From the IMG/VR virus record IMGVR_UViG_3300018015_000341: a DNA stretch of 10,646 nt; one strand, written 5' to 3'. Both the position numbers and the translations under genes were made by a program. Positions 6,893 through 10,646 of this stretch are shown one piece after another (positions within the stretch are counted from its first letter, which is position 1; each line of letters starts with the position of its first letter). The notes below the pieces were generated by a model. It ran no database searches. It was not told the DNA's origin and saw only the letters and a list, made by a program, of their open reading frames with translations. This DNA comes from a virus.

Positions 6893-7705
6893 TCATTTTC
6901 CTTCTATGAATAGTCTCAAAGAATCGTCACTTTCCGTTTCACAACTTTTCACTTCTTGTTTGAATCCTTTTATAGTTTTCGCAGCTCGTACATAAGACCT
7001 TATCTTTTCGTGGTCGAGCGTGTCATCATTGTTCATCAACTTTCCTTCCGCATCTACACCTGCACAGAAGTCTTCTACCAGAGATATGAACTTGTATAGA
7101 CTAGTTCCGTCTAGCCCTCCGGCAAACGTTAAAGTCTTTAGATTTTTCAAAGGTTTGGCAAACTCAAATGTATCTAATATTTTTAGCTCTACTCCTGCAC
7201 CCTGAGATGCGTCTATTAATATATAATCTATATATGGGATATATGGAGCCATCTTTAATGATACCTTTTTGTGTGCATTTCCCTTCATTGAGTTTTTCCC
7301 TAGTTGAAATATTATTTTTAGATCGTTATTTTCATTTTTTATTTTTATCACCTGGTCAAGTGGAGGATACTCAATGTTCAATTGTATACAATTACAAAGA
7401 CAATCTGTAAGTTGGACAATTTCCTTGACGTCTTTGCTGAGATAGTCAGCATGTTCCGAGTTGTAATGTACTGCTCTAAGAGCATTTTCTGGCATTACCC
7501 TAAATATATCTTTAAGAGAACTGATGCTTGGATATCTGCCTCTGTGAGGTTTTCCATTTTTCAAGGTGTTGCGAGATACCAACACCCCATACATTCCATA
7601 TGAGTCTCCGAGAGCTTTTTTTATGACTTCTACATCATCTGTACATGTTATTCCCGTAATTCCTATGTAAGGTTTGTTATTTTCATTTACCATGTTCACC
7701 TTCAA
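6893..7705 (-). CDS. Phosphoribosylanthranilate isomerase (TrpF/PRAI)-fold TIM-barrel protein. The true start is probably the ATG at 7691..7693 (MVNENN...), not the TTG at 7705.
   Basis: It matches TrpF along its whole length. N-terminal: YIGITGITCTDDVEVIKKALGDSYGMYGVL (compare KICGIT..eDa..a...GADaiGfvF). Middle: CIQLNIEYPP (compare vQLhGeE). C-terminal: YILIDASQGAGVELKILDTFEF...LTFAGGLDGTSLYKFISLVEDFCAGVDAEGKLMNNDDTLDHEKIRSYVRAAK (compare ILLDt..gGsGktfDW.l.....llLaGGLnpeNV..ai....p.gVDvSSGVE..pG.KD..ki..Fi). At 270 aa it is longer than canonical TrpF (about 200 aa). Shine-Dalgarno is GAAGGTGaacATG. Stop is TGA. Confidence 0.7.
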   Translation of the reverse strand: MKVNMVNENNKPYIGITGITCTDDVEVIKKALGDSYGMYGVLVSRNTLKNGKPHRGRYPSISSLKDIFRVMPENALRAVHYNSEHADYLSKDVKEIVQLTDCLCNCIQLNIEYPPLDQVIKIKNENNDLKIIFQLGKNSMKGNAHKKVSLKMAPYIPYIDYILIDASQGAGVELKILDTFEFAKPLKNLKTLTFAGGLDGTSLYKFISLVEDFCAGVDAEGKLMNNDDTLDHEKIRSYVRAAKTIKGFKQEVKSCETESDDSLRLFIEGK

Positions 7706-7907
7706 GTTTTTCTAGTGCATCTTATACTATCTTAGCTTATCTCCGGCATCTTCTATATCTACATTATGGAAAATAATACCTGTATAAAAACTGATATCGT
7801 TTCTCAGTTTCTATGCAGCGTTTTTAAATCTTTCATAGAGTTTCTACCATCAAGTAATTTTAATAACATCCTTACTATTTCACCCTTTGTCGTTTTTAAC
7901 TTGCCTA

Positions 7908-8264
7908 CTATTCCTCGCCTTCCAAGGTCCATTTAAATAAAAAGTCGAAATATTTCCAAGCTTGACACAACGAGCACTCTTCGCAGTAGTCAAGGCATCT
8001 TTCTCCCCAATTTTTTATCATCCACTCTTTCATTCTGTCATATGTATACCCACTACAAGTTTCACACTCCCAATATTCATCATTGTCTGACCCAAGAGAT
8101 TTTCCAAGATTTCTTGAAAAAAAGAACTGAATTGGGACAGTACCCCCTTTTCCTAATTTTACATCGAATTTTTCTCCACAGACTGTACATACTCTATCTT
8201 TAAGAATGTTTCCCTCGTGATGTTCTACTCCTTCGATTTTTCTATTTACCATATTATTCTCCAT
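7908..8264 (-). CDS. Hypothetical Cys-rich zinc-binding protein (118 aa; C-x2-C, C-x2-C, C-x3-C-x2-C-x2-C). The likely true start is the second ATG at 8250..8252 (MVNRK...), because that one has a Shine-Dalgarno: atGGAGaataatATG.
   Basis: Complete ORF with TAG stop (7908..7910). Cys pairs: CTVCGEKF, WECETCSGY, CLDYCEECSLCQAW. A -10-like TTATTATAG lies just upstream. Confidence 0.5.
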   Translation of the reverse strand: MENNMVNRKIEGVEHHEGNILKDRVCTVCGEKFDVKLGKGGTVPIQFFFSRNLGKSLGSDNDEYWECETCSGYTYDRMKEWMIKNWGERCLDYCEECSLCQAWKYFDFLFKWTLEGEE

Positions 8265-8448
8265 GACCTATAATAACGTGTGCAGGCTGTATCAACTTTG
8301 TCCAACGTGTTATGTTCTATCTGTCCTACAGCCTCCGAGGAACATCTTCACTATGTTAGATGTACTACGACGCATAAATATATAAACTTTTCTTAGCAGA
8401 CACGCTCCGATGTAAAAAAGATGTATTATGGTGTGATGCGATAGAACA

Positions 8449-8486
8449 AAAACGCAAACGGGCAATGTCTTATCACTTGGCGTTTT
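8449..8486 (-). terminator. Weak candidate intrinsic terminator downstream of the 104-aa gene. It has a 7-bp AT-rich stem (AAAACGC/GCGTTTT) and a 24-nt loop, followed on the minus strand by TTTTTGTT.
   Basis: Seen directly in the sequence, 25-60 nt past the TAG at 8513. The stem is GC-poor and the loop is long, so stability is doubtful. Confidence 0.2.
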
Positions 8487-8512
8487 CTACAATCGGTTTA
8501 CGTACTTTTCGT

Positions 8513-8827
8513 CTATCTGACAACCAGGCTTTCCCTCAGAAACTCTACTATTATGTCTGTTACTCTATTGTCCATGACAATATCTGGATCAGCAACAACT
8601 TCTTTAAATTTTTCTATTACACACTTTTTACCATCATCAGATGAGAGATATACATCGATAATATCAGTAACTCTCCTGTGTATGAGATCTTTCAACCTTT
8701 CATCATCTAGCGCACTGTCGATTATATCTTCTACATATATATAATCTTCTATTTTTGACTCTATTCTTTCCTCGATCAATTTTTTTATATCCATTTTTTT
8801 GACAATGCTGTCTATATCTATGTCCAT
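8513..8827 (-). CDS. Hypothetical small acidic protein (104 aa, about 27% Asp+Glu, net charge about -11). It has an internal duplication (RVTDIIDVYL / RVTDIIVEFL).
   Basis: Complete ORF. Shine-Dalgarno is tGGAGAcactaaaatATG. Stop is TAG. Composition and duplication were read from the translation. Confidence 0.5.
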   Translation of the reverse strand: MDIDIDSIVKKMDIKKLIEERIESKIEDYIYVEDIIDSALDDERLKDLIHRRVTDIIDVYLSSDDGKKCVIEKFKEVVADPDIVMDNRVTDIIVEFLRESLVVR

Positions 8828-8893
8828 ATTTTAGTGTCTCCATGCATTCATTTCTCGTATTTCGTTATCTTCATTTTTCGTATTTATGTATAT

Positions 8894-9406
8894 CTACTCA
8901 TCACAAATTATTAACACTTTTTTGTGCTCGTCGTATGGATAATCTTCTATTTTGAATTTTCCCATTTTTAGCAAGTTAAAGATTTTATCGTGATCCTTTA
9001 TGGCCTCTTCCTTAGTCTCATATCTATGAACAATATCGCATTTAAGCCATTCCACTTCTTCATCTCCAAACCCTCCAGCAAAGACCATTGTCTCGAACCA
9101 TACATCTTTCCCCTCTCCATATCCATGATTGAGTTCTAAGAATGCTGTACTTACCAAAATAGTGACATATCCTCTGTCAGTCTTTATGTCTATAGTATCA
9201 TGTATTCTCAACGTATCCAAGAAAAACCTATATCCACAGTCACAAACAGGTCCGTGTTCATTTTGTTGATCTGTGTCACTTTCTACCATTTTGGCAGCAG
9301 TCAATCTTAGAAAGTCTTCAAGTGTGTATTCCTTTCCGCAGTTTCCACATTTCCATTTTGGTAGACATCTCGTTTTTTCCAAATTATGCTCATTCGTCAT
9401 TTTCAC
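8894..9406 (-). CDS. Hypothetical protein of 170 aa with an N-terminal zinc ribbon (C-x5-C-x2-C ... C-x-C). The true start is probably the ATG at 9398..9400 (MTNEHN...) rather than the GTG at 9406.
   Basis: ORF with TAG stop. Cys motifs: CLPKWKCGNCGKEY...CDCGY. Only 15 nt separate it from the upstream gene, which suggests one operon. Confidence 0.5.
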   Translation of the reverse strand: MKMTNEHNLEKTRCLPKWKCGNCGKEYTLEDFLRLTAAKMVESDTDQQNEHGPVCDCGYRFFLDTLRIHDTIDIKTDRGYVTILVSTAFLELNHGYGEGKDVWFETMVFAGGFGDEEVEWLKCDIVHRYETKEEAIKDHDKIFNLLKMGKFKIEDYPYDEHKKVLIICDE

Positions 9407-9421
9407 TCTCTATCTCAGTTA

Positions 9422-10024
9422 TCAATCCTTTCTAGAAAACTCTCCATATTCTGTTTCTAGATCTGTTACAAACTTTTCCAAATCTTTTCTTGTAACTATC
9501 AGGTGTAGAGAAATTCCCTCTCCTGAGTATACATCACATTCACTAAAACTATATTTGTCAATAAATGTTATAATCGTAAACAGTTCATATTTGCTTGTGT
9601 TCTGCGCATCATCTTCTGGATGTTCTTCAGACTTTGTTTGGTGTTCGTCTGCTTGTATTATCTCCTCTCCAGTTTCTTCAACTGGAACCCAATTATCCTT
9701 TAGGAATGGGAAATATCTTTCATGGTATATGGCAATTTTGGCGTCTGGTTCTATTGGTTCCCAATATTCAGACCCGTTAGTAACCAAACTCTTTTTCAAT
9801 GTTTCTATCAAATAGTCTTTTCTATAATCATCTGCCAAAAATGTGCCATATTTTCTTCTATCCCACCATCTATTCTTTTTAAGAACCTCATCATTTATAA
9901 TTGGGTCGTTTTTCCATAGGAATCTGATTTCATATGCAACCCAGTCTTCTTCGAACCTATCGAATTTAATCTCAAGGGTCAGATTGTCCGATTGTAATTT
10001 TGCCATAGTTGTGTGCCTGTCCAA
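9422..10024 (-). CDS. Hypothetical protein of 200 aa, Trp/Glu/Asp-rich, with no recognisable motifs. The start is uncertain (TTG at 10024 or ATG at 10004..10006).
   Basis: Long open minus-strand frame with TGA stop (9422..9424). Upstream there is a TATATA element (gtgaaagTATATAcaactc), usable as a bacterial -10 or an archaeal TATA box. Confidence 0.5.
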   Translation of the reverse strand: MDRHTTMAKLQSDNLTLEIKFDRFEEDWVAYEIRFLWKNDPIINDEVLKKNRWWDRRKYGTFLADDYRKDYLIETLKKSLVTNGSEYWEPIEPDAKIAIYHERYFPFLKDNWVPVEETGEEIIQADEHQTKSEEHPEDDAQNTSKYELFTIITFIDKYSFSECDVYSGEGISLHLIVTRKDLEKFVTDLETEYGEFSRKD

Positions 10025-10121
10025 TTACTCAAATGTTTTCCTAGTTCTATAGTTCCCAATTCTGAGTTGTATATACTTTCACTGGCGCCTAAATTTTCAC
10101 GAAGAAAACAATACTTAAACC

Positions 10122-10535
10122 TTAAAATTTTAACCTTGTTATCAATTCGGTAACTGTCATATTTGGTCCAGTTGATTTTTCTATAGAGTTCTCGTCAGTT
10201 TCGAACAGATCATAATGTTCACCAATTTCTACACTTAGTAAGCTAATTTTTTGATATGCTCCTATAATTTCTTCTTTTTTCCATACACCTTGAGAATCGT
10301 AATACTTGTCACCAATTCTCAACATCACATGATGTACCACTTTCTTGTCTAAATCTCCAACAACTGCTACAAGTTTGCCAATGTTAAATATTTCCTTTAA
10401 CAAGATCGCGAATATTCCACAATTGGTAGTTGTCAATTGTAACTCGTCTTTATTTTTTATACTATCTATAAACTCACGAATCTTATCTTGTTCCATACTA
10501 TACATTTTTCTTACCATCCTTATATTTCGATACAA
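10122..10535 (-). CDS. Hypothetical protein of 137 aa as called. The start is uncertain: a TTG is called at 10535, and in-frame ATGs at codons 7, 11 and 14 have AAGGA/GGATGG Shine-Dalgarno-like sequences.
   Basis: Open frame with TAA stop (10122..10124). No motif recognised. It lies immediately downstream of the 17-bp tandem array. Confidence 0.45.
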   Translation of the reverse strand: MYRNIRMVRKMYSMEQDKIREFIDSIKNKDELQLTTTNCGIFAILLKEIFNIGKLVAVVGDLDKKVVHHVMLRIGDKYYDSQGVWKKEEIIGAYQKISLLSVEIGEHYDLFETDENSIEKSTGPNMTVTELITRLKF

Positions 10536-10543
10536 AATTTTTC

Positions 10544-10646
10544 ATATTTCTTCATTCTTGATATTTCTTCATTCTTGATATTTCTTCATTCTTGATATTT
10601 CTTCATTCTTGATATTTCTTCATTCTTGATATTTCTTCATTCTTGA
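10544..10646. repeat. Perfect 17-bp tandem repeat (atatttcttcattcttg), six complete copies from 10544 to 10645. The array continues past the window edge, so the copy number is at least 6. It is iteron-like.
   Basis: The copies are identical: 10544-10560, 10561-10577, 10578-10594, 10595-10611, 10612-10628, 10629-10645. A unit length of 17 is not a multiple of 3, and every frame hits TGA on the minus strand, so it is non-coding. Confidence 0.95.

Noticed and set aside
7786-7810. Terminator-like hairpin AAACTGA-(9 nt)-TCAGTTT followed by TT on the minus strand between the 118-aa and PRAI-like genes.
   Set aside because: The 7-bp stem is entirely A/T-rich with a single GC pair and the U-tract is short. 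It is too weak to call.
8265-8512. tRNA or other canonical RNA gene in the GC-rich spacer.
   Set aside because: I could find no GTTCRANNC T-loop, no D-loop (TAGC...GGTAGAGC) and no 7-bp acceptor pairing on either strand. The inverted repeat encloses a 35-nt loop, which is not tRNA geometry. I kept it only as an unspecified structured-RNA candidate.
8785-8795. TCAATTTT (reverse complement AAAATTGA), resembling the mimivirus early-promoter motif.
   Set aside because: It lies inside the coding sequence of the 104-aa gene (KKLIE codons), and the genes here use Shine-Dalgarno sequences. A giant-virus origin is not supported.
1258-8896. Genome-wide reassignment of TAG to a sense codon (code 15/16-like recoded phage, or pyrrolysine).
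   Set aside because: Four other genes end cleanly on TAG with sensible C-termini (3945, 7908, 8513, 8894), and the extension past the TAG at 8894 is only 20 codons. TAG is therefore a functional stop here. Any read-through of the MVP amber codon would have to be gene-specific. No suppressor tRNA is visible in the window.
275-10578. All plus-strand ORFs in the track (for example 275..631, 671..925, 1091..1351, 4120..4542, 9273..9815, 10345..10578).
   Set aside because: Each lies antisense to a well-supported minus-strand gene. Their translations are low-complexity (S/L/I/F-rich) mirror images with no motifs or Shine-Dalgarno support, and the 1..1351 ones overlap the continuous MVP frame.
10544-10646. 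CRISPR array.
   Set aside because: The 17-bp units are contiguous and identical with no unique spacers, and the unit is too short. It is a simple tandem (iteron-like) repeat.

Overview
This is a low-GC window of roughly 30% GC, and every supportable gene is on the minus strand (11 genes plus one candidate small ORF, about 85-90% coding). Start codons are preceded by AGGAG/GGAG-type Shine-Dalgarno motifs 6-12 nt upstream (for example AGGAGAaatacaacATG and AAGGAGAGtaaaaaATG), and one gene pair is stop/start coupled (TGAtacaATG). This points to a bacterial or archaeal genome, or a virus or plasmid of such a host; I cannot name the organism. Four genes have recognisable products. (i) A Major-Vault-Protein-like gene at 1..2010 runs off the left edge and carries one in-frame TAG. 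(ii) A MESH1/SpoT-type HD-domain (p)ppGpp hydrolase at 2092..2883 has an N-terminal Cys4 zinc ribbon. (iii) A single-domain Get3/ArsA-family ATPase at 3945..6437 is interrupted inside its P-loop by a 519-aa intein (4818..6374) that contains a LAGLIDADG homing endonuclease. (iv) A PRAI (TrpF)-fold protein at 6893..7705 lies outside any trp context. The remaining genes are small hypothetical proteins, of which three are zinc-ribbon rich and one is strongly acidic with an internal duplication. Non-coding signals are a perfect 17-bp x >=6 tandem array at the right edge, an AATAACAAA-containing direct repeat found twice upstream of each of two different genes, and a GC-elevated 250-bp gap with a perfect 8-bp inverted repeat. 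A 52-aa Arg-rich candidate small ORF overlaps the ATPase stop codon. I found no rRNA, tRNA or CRISPR. Product calls come from motif-level reading of the translations; no database search was possible.
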